DNA of 63,969 bases, filler included, from Octopus bimaculoides (GCF_001194135.2; 6 parts of 6 records of this genome joined end to end with filler, not necessarily neighbours in it), one strand, 5' to 3'; shown: positions 29,575 to 40,911, counted from the first letter of the whole stretch. The notes: generated by a model from the sequence alone, not told the origin. Numbers and translations: made by a program.

Positions 29575-29621
29575 CTGACAGATCATATGATTTCGCCCTG
29601 TTTTGGGTTCATAAGTGACAG
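29575..29621 (-). ncRNA. Type I minimal hammerhead relic
   Basis: CTGTCA-CTTATGA-ACCC/aaaaca/GGGC-GAA-ATCATATGAT-C-TGTCAG. Stem I pairs 5/6, stem III is a perfect 10-nt palindrome; G5 and stem II position 10.1 are mutated. Confidence 0.6.
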
Positions 29622-30390
29622 ACGTCCGGTAATGAGATAACAACCGAATCTCACTGTCAACGATATATAAAATTTCATAGTCTTTTCAAGCATTGATGGA
29701 GCATTGATTCAGCGTTGAGGGTTTATATGCCCCAATATTAGACTATTTTCCTCTGTCAATGCACGGTGATCGCTTATAGGTTTTAAGCTTTAAAAAAATA
29801 TTATTAATAAATATGTATGTGTATATATNNNNNNNNNNNNNNNNNNNNNNNNNNNNNNNNNNNNNNNNNNNNNNNNNNNNNNNNNNNNNNNNNNNNNNNN
29901 NNNNNNNNNNNNNNNNNNNNNNNNNNNNNNNNNNNNNNNNNNNNNNNNNNNNNNNNNNNNNNNNNNNNNNNNNNNNNNNNNNNNNNNNNNNNNNNNNNNN
30001 NNNNNNNNNNNNNNNNNNNNNNNNNNNNNNNNNNNNNNNNNNNNNNNNNNNNNNNNNNNNNNNNNNNNNNNNNNNNNNNNNNNNNNNNNNNNNNNNNNNN
30101 NNNNNNNNNNNNNNNNNNNNNNNNNNNNNNNNNNNNNNNNNNNNNNNNNNNNNNNNNNNNNNNNNNNNNNNNNNNNNNNNNNNNNNNNNNNNNNNNNNNN
30201 NNNNNNNNNNNNNNNNNNNNNNNNNNNNNNNNNNNNNNNNNNNNNNNNNNNNNNNNNNNNNNNNNNNNNNNNNNNNNNNNNNNNNNNNNNNNNNNNNNNN
30301 NNNNNNNNNNNNNNNNNNNNNNNNNNNNNNNNNNNNNNNNNNNNNNNNNNNNNNNNNNNNNNNNNATATATATATATATATATATATATA

Positions 30391-30939
30391 TATACTGACA
30401 AAAATGCCGGCAGGCGGCGAACATAGAAAATTTCACCTTAGCTGTAGGAAGAACATTAAATAAATGTACAACCCAGATGTGGATAATCTAGGGCCTACAT
30501 TTTGAACTTTCCAAGTTACTTTTGCTAACGTAAATTTGATTAGTTCTCATCGGCTAGATTCACCAAGACAAAATCTCAAATGTCACTACATCAATGCTAG
30601 TATACACACGTCTGAAACGCCTAGCCGTTAACAGACCGGGAACAGTGAAAAAGTTTTCAAAGATAAAAATTATTAAATAGTGCAATACAGTAGCATTGCT
30701 TCCCAGTAAAACAAAGCACCATCAAGTTAAGTACAAATAAAATAGAGGTAGAACAATGCACCAATATTTACTGGAAATAGCAGTCGATAATATTCGACGT
30801 TATAGTAAAGCTTCACTGTATATATGTACTGGCAAAAACGTTAGCTGGCGGCGAACATAAAAAAAATTCATCTTACCTGTAGGAAGAACATCCCAGATAT
30901 GGATAATCTAGGACCAAGGTTTCGAACTTTCCAAATTAC
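30391..30939 (+). repeat. Pair of diverged ~120-bp direct repeats
   Basis: 30391-30519 and 30821-30939 share GGCGGCGAACATA...CTGTAGGAAGAACAT...GGATAATCTAGG...GAACTTTCCAA. Confidence 0.8.
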
Positions 30940-31257
30940 ATATATACTGACAAGGGCTATAATCGCTTGAAAATACCGATCAAGAATTCTTTATACTGAC
31001 CGGTCAGTTTTCAGCAAGGACTGGTTCGACTTCGGCAGATTCCGGACTTAATTCTTGGTCAGTATATATGTTTTCACCATAAAAATCTTCGCTAAATCAT
31101 CCATGGATTTTTATGGTGAAAACATATATACTGACAGAGAGTTAAGTCGAGCCAGTCCTTACTGATGAGGTAACGGAAATTACCGAAACTGATCGGTCAG
31201 TATTGTGAATTCTCGATCAGTGTTTTCGGGCGTTTCTAGTCCCTGTCAGCATATATG
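30939..31257. mobile_element. Fold-back composite of two diverging copies of a short hammerhead-bearing unit
   Basis: Perfect 30-bp inner inverted repeat (31058-87/31106-35) and diverged outer arms. Each unit is bounded by CATATATACTGAC...GTCAG(T/C)ATATATG. Confidence 0.7.
31152..31212 (+). ncRNA. Type I hammerhead ribozyme motif, intact core, decayed stem I
   Basis: CTGATGA (31162-68), stem II GGTAA/cggaaa/TTACC, GAA, stem III ACTGA/tcgg/TCAGT, then A (GUA cleavage triplet). Stem I pairs poorly in this copy. Confidence 0.75.
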
Positions 31258-32398
31258 TATACAGTTATGTGCTTTGATTACGGCATTAGAGCATTTTAGC
31301 TCTTATTTCTAACAATGTAGGTGCTTCTAACGCCCTAGTCATATTTTATGACAATTATAGTTTTCCTTTTTGGTAAAGCATTGCACACTGCTGTCTATAA
31401 TAATTTTCTATGTATGTATGTATATATATTGATATGCGTGTGTGTGGATACATGTGTGCGTGTCTGTCTGTGTATGTATCTTGCTATATGTGTAATTCTT
31501 TTTCCCGCATTTTGTAATGAAATATGTTCTTATCTGTAATGGTATTCGCTGTGTATTATGCTATTCAACTGGGAGGAACTGTGTCAACATAAGTTAAAAA
31601 TTTTAACATATATTAAAAATCTATCTCAAACATTGTATTGCAATACGGCTGACATAAATTGACTTTATTAAATTTTAACACAAACATCACTTCAACGTTT
31701 TATTGAAATGTTTTATTATTCATTCCTATCTTTTCTTGTTTACATACCAAATCAAATATTATTCAAATTTAGTGTAATATAGTGTTAGGGTTAGGGTTAG
31801 GCGTTTATTTTAATAATTGTGATCGATTGTCAAACCTGACAGTTCAAACAGCTTTATTAATTATAGAAAAAATATCAAGGATAAATAGTTATATTTACTA
31901 CAATTATATATATATATATATATATATATAATACACACACATGTTTGTATATATATATATATATACAGAGAGAGACCAAAGTGTACGTACGCTGCTATAT
32001 ATATATATTTATATAAAATACAAAATGGAACAAGGACGCAAAACATCTGGACAGTTAGGTGATATAAAAATGGGACAACAAAACCTCCAAATAGACGATA
32101 CAAAGAAAACAAGGACGGGTCATTCGAAGTTTTCTTTCCTCAGTCGAGTACCAGATTATCTTTACAATTTCGGCTGATTATACTTGAGATTACTCCAATC
32201 TGACCAGCCCCAAGGAAAAACTAAGCTAAGAGCATTAGGTTCCTTGGAAGAAAGCAGCGAATGTATACAAAAACAAGGACGAAAAAAAAACCGACAATGC
32301 TACACAAATACAATAAAAATAATAACAGGACATAACAACAGATGTCTTTCGACTAAGGACGAATTAAATTAAGCTGGTGTGTGTGGAAATAAGCCTTA

Positions 32399-32508
32399 CG
32401 GCAGGGATGCAAGATTTCACAGGCACAAGATCTTTCTTTCTGGGCCGGCTGTTGCCCGTGCTACATCGATATTCCTCCCTGTGCCTGTGAAATCTTGTAT
32501 CCCTGCCG
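32399..32508. repeat. 29-bp inverted repeat with 52-nt spacer
   Basis: CGGCAGGGATGCAAGATTTCACAGGCACA / TGTGCCTGTGAAATCTTGTATCCCTGCCG, one mismatch. Confidence 0.95.
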
Positions 32509-32867
32509 GTTTCCTTTTATGTCTTCACTGTCGTGTTTTTGTTCTCAACTTTGACCCTCCATAAATCCTAAATTTTATTTTAGAATTTATGGAAGCAACT
32601 GTCTTTGAAGACTCATATTGTCTTTGAATGTTCGAAATGATGAGTAGATAGACAGCCGACAACAGATGAAGGGTCCTTTCTCTGTCATGTGTGCGTGTGA
32701 GTGTGCATGTGTGTGTGCATGTGTGTGTATGAGTGTGTGTGCGTGTATGTATGCATGTGTGTGTGTCGATTTGTTCGATTTGTTCGACTAAAGTAAAAGA
32801 AAATGATAAAAGAAACACGTATGTTTTGAGTTCTATCTTCCTGTTTGCATCACCTAATCTCTTCCTC

Positions 32868-32939
<72 letters not shown>

Positions 32940-32959
32940 ATATAAATAATATATATATA

Positions 32960-33197
32960 TGCATATATACATACATATATGTACATACCTACATCTATAT
33001 GTATACATACATGCATACATGGGTACAGGACATAAAAAAACGTTAAATACAATGAGAAATGAAAACATAAAAACGAAAACAGAAAACGAACTTTTTTCGA
33101 ACAACGAAAAAGACAAACAGAGAAACGAGACATGCAACATAAAGAGTATACCCCTTCGTCGGTTCTCCCTGTTCCATCTACTCCGCGTTTCGAAGGC
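32960..33197 (-). mobile_element. Penelope-like terminal-repeat relic with permuted hammerhead-like boxes
   Basis: CTTCGAAAC-N5-GTA...CCGACGAAGG followed by a T-rich body and GTCCTGTA...TAGATGTAGGTATGTA. Homologous to 34985-35230. Confidence 0.45.
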
Positions 33198-33382
33198 ATA
33201 TATATATATATATATTTTAAAAATAACGTCGACCACTAACGTGGACAATTAATGCGCTAGAAATAGATCACATTTTGTGTCTATTAAGACCTAAAAAATT
33301 CTCAACATGAAATATAGCAGNNNNNNNNNNNNNNNNNNNNNNNNNNNNNNNNNNNNNNNNNNNNNNNNNNNNNNNNNATATA

Positions 33383-33418
<36 letters not shown>

Positions 33419-33431
33419 TGTATGTATGTAT

Positions 33432-33587
33432 AAGACAGGCTTCTTTCAGTTTTCGTCTACCAAATCCACTCACAAGGCTTTGGATGGCAAGTAGAAGACA
33501 CTTGAACAAGGTTCCATATAGTGGGACTTAATACAGAACCATGTGGTTGGTAAGCAATTTACTTACCACGCAGCCATTCCAGCGCCT
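33432..33587 (-). mobile_element. SINE family A 5' half
   Basis: Reverse complement of the family A head. Confidence 0.8.
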
Positions 33588-34700
33588 ATATATATAATAG
33601 GATATAGTATAATATAATATAACATAATATAATATAATATAATATAACATAATATAATATAATATAATATAATATAATATAATATATATATATATGTACA
33701 TACAAATGTTTATATACATATATAATTTATAAATATCTATATATGTACGTAGAATACGCACAAACAGACACACAGACGCAAACACTGTGTGTGCAGGTGT
33801 ATATAAGTGTTTCCGTATATACGACGTTTTCCTATTTGAATCATAATTTACTCAACTTCTATATTTTCATTCAATGATATCTGTCACTCCTTGTCCGACT
33901 GCTTACTCTATCTCAATCACACTTATATTCTTTTGTTTACTCTTTCGCTGCTTGTTACTCCAGTCAAACAAGACACGTAAACTTCTCATCCTTCTGGTCG
34001 TGTTCACTTCCATTTTACTATTACTCACTCTAATACTCGTTTGACACTGTATCATAGAGTGACAGAATAAATACATGAACTTAATTATTGTGGATGACGC
34101 TATATCATATTTGTTTCAACGGGAGCTTATTAACATGCAAAATGTAAGTTGAAATAACCCGCTTACGAATGCCTTATGAAGAGCTGAATAAAAAAGAAGT
34201 ACGGAACGTTTTGAAAGGACAACTTAATTATTAGAAAATATCCTTCATTTATTTCAAAATTGTTAAGTATTTAGAATGAATTAACAAATGATTCAAATAA
34301 AATTGTTAAAAGGTTGAATATTTTGGTACTCTAAGAACATTTTCCAATATGAACAAGAATTAATTTGAAGAAAACTCTTTTTAAGAATTTTGTGGCTAGG
34401 CTTGAATTGGTCAGATTATTTTCTTGAAATTAAAGTTACTAAAAAGTAAAAGTAGAAGCATATTTGTAAAATATTCAGCGGAATATGATTGTGTATTGAA
34501 GAATTAAAAGTACCATTGATGAAAATATAAATTAGAAAAATATAAGCAAAGAAACAAAAGGGAGGATTAGGAAAGCAAATTATATAAATACACGCATATA
34601 TATATATATGGGAGAATATACGAAAAAACAACAACAGACGAGGACAGGTGGTGTAAATAACAAAAGGATGTATTAGTATGACGCTCGGGAATACGGAAAG

Positions 34701-34737
34701 TCTTTGACGTTTCGAGCTACGCTCTTCAACAGAAAGA
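34701..34737 (-). ncRNA. Minimal type I hammerhead motif with CUGUUGA core, in a Penelope-like terminal-repeat relic
   Basis: TCTTT-CTGTTGA-A-GAGC/gta/GCTC-GAA-ACGT-C-AAAGA: 5-bp stem I, 4-bp stem II, loopless palindromic stem III. Confidence 0.7.
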
Positions 34738-34984
34738 ATACGGAGACAAGGAGAAAAACACGGAGAAAAAAAATTGAATAGTGTCCAGTCAACGGTCAGT
34801 GTGTATGTATGTATGTATCAAGTTCGTCACATCACAGCGTTCAGTATCTCATCCCGTTCGGCTTAACGTTGTGTTCACTGTTTAATTTTTCCTGTCTTGG
34901 TTTTTGTCTGCTACTTTAGAATACTCGGCTTAGCAGGCTAATCCACTTCGCGGGAAGAGCTATTCTAAGAGCGCGGTCTGCCTC

Positions 34985-35230
34985 ATCTTCGAAACGCCTA
35001 GTCTAGAATAGAGGCAGCTGATGAAGGAAAAGTTCCATAAGTGGCTTGTCTGTTTTCCTATGTGTTCAGTCTGTTGTCCGTAAAAAAAAGTCTGTTTTTT
35101 GTGCTTCGTTTATGTTCCCGTTCCTTTTTTGTCCACGTTTTTTACGTCCTGTATCCGGATATACATATATATATATATATATATGTAGATGTAGGTATGT
35201 ATATATTTGTATGTATACATGCATATGCTC
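34985..35230 (+). mobile_element. Second copy of the permuted-box relic
   Basis: CTTCGAAACGCCTAGTC...CTGATGAAGG followed by the same body as the 33 kb copy. Confidence 0.45.
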
Positions 35231-35630
35231 ATATATCATTTATAGTATTATATTATCGAACGCTACACGTCCATTTTCAAGTATATATATAGTTCAAATT
35301 TACAGACGAAGACAGATTAGGAAACATGCAGTGTATTAGTTTGACACTCAAATGTATATATATAACTGAATAAGTCGGAGTCCACAAGAAGGAGTACAGA
35401 GGATCATTTATTTGTAATCACCACAATTGTTTCTATGCTATGTAGTTCTCCATGTTCGCAAGTATTTGGTTATGCAATCGTTTCCCTGCATTGTGAAATT
35501 CTGTGTTTCATCAGGTGATGCATAAATATTATTTCTGTGTTCCGTAAAGTCAAATTTTCGGCTTCGACCGCATCCTCTCTGTCTATCGTGGTTCTGCGAG
35601 GTAGTAGTAACCACTCAGTACATACATACA

Positions 35631-35661
<31 letters not shown>

Positions 35662-35839
35662 CTACATACACACACACACACNNNNNNNNNNNNNNNNNNN
35701 NNNNNNNNNNNNNNATATATATCTTAATAATTTAGAGAAGAACCACCAAGATGCAATTCAAACAATGAAGTAGATCAGACACCATCATGAAAAACGTACT
35801 CTTCAAAATACTGATTTAAAAAAAACTATAAAAATCTAA

Positions 35840-35947
35840 AAGACTACGCGCGTTTCGTGGCCACATAATAGTGGAAAAGATCTGTGCAATTTACAATAAA
35901 TCGATCAAGATAAGTTCCACTCAGAATGAGGATACTCTTCAGGTCTT
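35840..35947 (-). ncRNA. Type I hammerhead ribozyme motif with 79-nt stem II region and palindromic stem III
   Basis: Minus strand: AAGAC-CTGAAGA-[79 nt, GT...AC closing]-GAA-ACGCGCGT-A-GTCTT. Stem I AAGAC/GTCTT is perfect; all core nucleotides are present. Confidence 0.75.
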
Positions 35948-36403
35948 GTAAATTAAAAAAAAACGTATCCTAATATTTAAAAATGTAAATAGAATAAAAT
36001 AGGAAAAAGTAGAAATATCTGTACGTTTAGGAAAGCAATTATTTGTACAATACATAAAATGTCAAGGTTTTATAACAATAATCATCTGTCAAGGCATAAT
36101 TCATCTAACAGTTAATTCATTTAATAGTTAATAACACTATATGTTAATATGTTTTCCTATTCTTAATCCACTGAAAGTATTTCTTCATTTGGTGGCAATT
36201 TTGGTATATCGTGTAAGAAATTGGCGGATCCGTCGTTCGTTCACGCTGTATAAGCTAACAACGGAAGAAAATGACGAACGAAGAACCAATAACTGAGACC
36301 CATAAAGCTACAGCTTTGTATCCGAACAGTGTAACTTGACAGCAGGCAGATGTGAAATTTTTCTTAAACCTTAAACGTTCTAAATGCAGAACTATTGCTC
36401 CGC

Positions 36404-36473
<70 letters not shown>

Positions 36474-38076
36474 ACAAAAAAAAGATCGCAAAAAACTGCT
36501 AGTCAGAGGTTCATGTTGCCATTCGTCGGACAGTTTAGATTCCGACGAAAGGGAACGTGAAACTCTGAGTAGCAGCTTTTTGGTGATATTTTTTGATTTT
36601 TTTGCAGCTTTAATTATAATAAAGTATATTACTCCTACCTCCGGTATTCGAGTACGTTTTTTCCTACCTTGTTTCACATTTATTTGCTTACTTTGGTGTG
36701 TATGTGTTTGTGTGTATTGTTTCGAGATCGNNNNNNNNNNNNNNNNNNNNNNNNNNNNNNNNNNNNNNNNNNNNNNNNNNNNNNNNNNNNNNNNNNNNNN
36801 NNNNNNNNNNNNNNNNNNNNNNNNNNNNNNNNNNNNNNNNNNNNNNNNNNNNNNNNNNNNNNNNNNNNNNNNNNNNNNNNNNNNNNNNNNNNNNNNNNNN
36901 NNNNNNNNNNNNNNNNNNNNNNNNNNNNNNNNNNNNNNNNNNNNNNNNNNNNNNNNNNNNNNNNNNNNNNNNNNNNNNNNNNNNNNNNNNNNNNNNNNNN
37001 NNNNNNNNNNNNNNNNNNNNNNNNNNNNNNNNNNNNNNNNNNNNNNNNNNNNNNNNNNNNNNNNNNNNNNNNNNNNNNNNNNNNNNNNNNNNNNNNNNNN
37101 NNNNNNNNNNNNNNNNNNNNNNNNNNNNNNNNNNNNNNNNNNNNNNNNNNNNNNNNNNNNNNNNNNNNNNNNNNNNNNNNNNNNNNNNNNNNNNNNNNNN
37201 NNNNNNNNNNNNNNNNNNNNNNNNNNNNNNNNNNNNNNNNNNNNNNNNNNNNNNNNNNNNNNNNNNNNNNNNNNNNNNNNNNNNNNNNNNNNNNNNNNNN
37301 NNNNNNNNNNNNNNNNNNNNNNNNNNNNNNNNNNNNNNNNNNNNNNNNNNNNNNNNNNNNNNNNNNNNNNNNNNNNNNNNNNNNNNNNNNNNNNNNNNNN
37401 NNNNNNNNNNNNNNNNNNNNNNNNNNNNNNNNNNNNNNNNNNNNNNNNNNNNNNNNNNNNNNNNNNNNNNNNNNNNNNNNNNNNNNNNNNNNNNNNNNNN
37501 NNNNNNNNNNNNNNNNNNNNNNNNNNNNNNNNNNNNNNNNNNNNNNNNNNNNNNNNNNNNNNNNNNNNNNNNNNNNNNNNNNNNNNNNNNATATATATAT
37601 TATAGATATATAGACACACACCTACACACACGCGCGTACACACACACACGCCATACAATTGCTAACGTATGTGCTTGCGTGTGAGTGTATAAAAGCGGTT
37701 ATGGGAAATTATTGATATGGAGACTAAAATCTGTCTGATGGCCATTTCTGGGAGTTGAAATATTATAAATGATTGATGAAGAATACTTCTAAAAGGAAAA
37801 GAAAGAGTTTAACCATTATGGAATATAACAGCTTAAAAATACTGCGTGTACACACGCAAAATCACATATACATTCACACATATTCACATATATACATATG
37901 AATATGTGTGCACATATGTATATATATATATATATATGTATATATATGCATACATATGTATATATATGTGTATGTATGTATTTATGCATATATGTATGAA
38001 TGTATGTATGAGTGTATGTATATGTGTGTATGAATATATGTGTGTGTGTGTGTAAGTATATAAGTATGTATATCTA

Positions 38077-38760
38077 CAAGGGTTGTTCAAAAGAATAGAA
38101 GCATCTTGCTAAATGGAAGTGTTATTATTCAATACAGAATTGACCCCCCCCNNNNNNNNNNNNNNNNNNNNNNNNNNNNNNNNNNNNNNNNNNNNNNNNC
38201 CCCACCACCTTTGACATCAGTTACAGTTTAGATACGTCGAGAAATTGGCTCGTAGAAGTTCTGAACAGTCGTCAAAGGAATTTTGAGTAATTCTTCAAGT
38301 AAAACATGCTTTAACTCTTTCAGGGACGATAGCGCAGAGAAGTGGTTCCTTACATTAAGATACAGTGATGAGGAGAGAGAGAATCCAAGTGGCATTCTGC
38401 TCTTCGTACCAATTTTGAATTGGTGCGAACATTAGCTATATGAATCGGTGCATCATCATCATCATCATCATGCGCTACCATTAGAGAACAATGTTTGTAT
38501 CATAGGAATGGACACGACCAGCGAAAATACTGAGATATCTCTTGGTGTCAACTCTACCGTATAGAACAACGAAACAGCCAAGAGATTTCCGTAATATGGC
38601 TGTCCCAGTCATCACAACAAAACCACCTCCATGCTTCATGGTAGGAGCCAAACAGCCAGAGTTGAAATCTTCTTTGGGTTGTCCCCAGACATAAATTTAT
38701 CAGAGAAGATGACATTATTCCCTTGAGTTACTGACCGCTTCTATTATTTTAGACACCATC
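38077..38760 (-). mobile_element. Internally deleted Tc1-like element with both TIRs
   Basis: TIR-like GTTGTTCAAAAGAATAGAAGC / GCTTCTATTATTTTAGACACC. Minus strand encodes IYVWGQPKEDF...PTMKHGGG...DDAPIHIA. Confidence 0.75.
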
Positions 38761-39240
38761 TTTTTCGCTAATCAATGCAAATGGCAGACAGGAGAGGTTT
38801 AAAGTCTGAAGGTACATATGTATATATATATATATAAATTCTGTGACGTAAGCTACGCGCTTTACGCATACATGCAAACGCATACAAACACTCACGCACG
38901 CACGTACTGACACAAACACACAGGCATACGCACACGCATACACGCTGATGAGATCCCAATAATGTTCGAAAATCAGTTGAGGCTGTTCATTTCATTTCAA
39001 GCAACGGTTAAATTCAGCTATAGTTAATACTTGTGTTCGTATGTCTACTACGGAAGTTTATGTACATGTTGGTATGTATGAGTGTAAACAAAATATCAGA
39101 AGGCTTTCGTGTTACTAGAAACTGCTTGACTTCGTCGTGGAGTAACCAGGAGTTCATCAACCGAAATAAATGCGTGAGACTTCGAATGTATCTAAATTGT
39201 ATACTCTCGCGAAAATAAATGCTACACATACACACATGTA

Positions 39241-39457
39241 CGAGGGGGTGCTGAGACGTGCCTGGCTTTAAGGGTATCGTGAAAGGCCTGGTTGGAAGCC
39301 TAGCCTTCCGAGTTCTTTTATAGCGCTTAGAAAAACTGAAGGACTGCTACAATAGGTATGTGAATCTGGTAAAGAGAATGTTTTAAATAAAATCATAATT
39401 AATTGATCCTCCTATATTTTCTTTTACCAAAGCCAGGAACTTTTAAGCACTCCCTCG
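39241..39457. mobile_element. Mariner-type MITE with TA TSD
   Basis: TA|CGAGGGGGTGCTGA...CCTGGCTTT / AAAGCCAGG...AAGCACTCCCTCG|TA. Confidence 0.9.
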
Positions 39458-40408
39458 TATGTAGACAGAGAGAAAGACGTTGAGAAAGGAAATGATTTTC
39501 ATCCATCATTAAATCTGACACCACAGTACATCGATTCGCTCGAGGAGATTTTAAGGGATGAGATTGCTGGAACCAAGACTTCAGAAACCATTCTCTAGAT
39601 AGTGGTACTGTTGCTGTCGTGGTGGTGGTGGTGGTGGTGGTGGCTGTATTACTGTTAATGGAAATTGTGTTTGCATTGGTAGTTTTGGTGCCAGAGGTGA
39701 AAAATGGTCTGTGGTAATGGTGGTGGTGTTGAATGTTATGTCTGTTGTAGGGACCGCATGATGGTGATTGTGACGTTGTGGTTTTGGTGATAGTAATGCC
39801 GTACGGCGTCATCGTGATTATAATTCTGAGGATGCTGGTTATGATGGTTATGGTGGCGGCAGGGATAATGGCGAAGGCGGGGATTTACTCTGGTCGAGTA
39901 ATCATTCAAGCTATAGACGCTCATTCTCTACTTTTTCTCCTCGTTCCTCCTCGTTCCTCCTCGTTCCTCCTCCCCTTCCTCGTTCCTCCTTCTCCCCTTC
40001 CTCCTCCGCTTCTTCCTCCTCCGCTTCTTCCTCCTCCGCTTCTTCCTCCTCCTCCGCTTCTTCCTCCTCCTCCGCTTCTTCCTCCTCCTCCNNNNNNNNN
40101 NNNNNNNNNNNNNNNNNNNNNNNNNNNNNNNNNNNTTAATTAATTAANNNNNNNNNNNNNNNNNNNNNNNNNNNNNNNNNNNNNNNNNNNNCACACACAC
40201 ACACACACACACTCACATCCACAAAAACATATCCGCATACACACACCCCTAACTACCTGAGAGTTGTCTGAAGCAACAGTTTGTTTTAAGGTGTGTGTGT
40301 GTGTATTTATGCTAGATTTTGTCAGTCTTTTTTATGTGCATATATATATACATATATATATATATATGTTTATGTATGTATGTATGCATATGTTTGTATA
40401 TCTTTATA

Positions 40409-40864
40409 TTCTTTTGTTCTTTTACTTGTTTCAGTCATTTGACTACGGCCATGCTGGAGCACTGTCTTTAGCCAAACAAATCGACTCCAGGTCTTATTCT
40501 TTGTAAGCCTAGTACTTACTCTATCAGTCTCTTTTGCCGAACTGCTGAGTGACGGGGACGTAAACTCACCAACATCGGTTGTCAGGCAATGGTGGGGACA
40601 CAAATAACAAACACAAATAAAATAAATGACAAACAAACAACAGACACATATAACAAACAAACAAACACACACATACATGTAAATGCATACATATATATAT
40701 ACGACGGGCTTCTTTCAGTCTCTGTCAACCAAATCCACTCACAAGGCTTTGGTCAGCCCAAGGCTATAGTAGAAGACACTTGCCCAAGGTGCCATGCAGT
40801 GGGACCGAACCCGGAACCATGTGGTTGGTAAGCAAGCTTCTTACCACACAGCCACTCCTGTGCC
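40409..40864 (-). mobile_element. Full-length SINE family A
   Basis: Same head, microsatellite core and 3' body as 49596-50002. Confidence 0.9.
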
Positions 40865-40911
40865 TGCACACACATGCATAATCCTCATTTCACATTGGGT
40901 AGATATACTTG

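Noticed and set aside
31785-31801. (TTAGGG)x3 telomere-like run
   Set aside because: Too short to indicate an interstitial telomere; expected by chance or as part of a repeat.
38945-38980. CTGATGA...GAAA on the plus strand
   Set aside because: No stem I, poor stem II, and G at the cleavage position.
39014-39235. 73-aa minus ORF and overlapping plus-strand exon-like segment
   Set aside because: No recognisable motif and conflicting strand evidence; cannot be supported.
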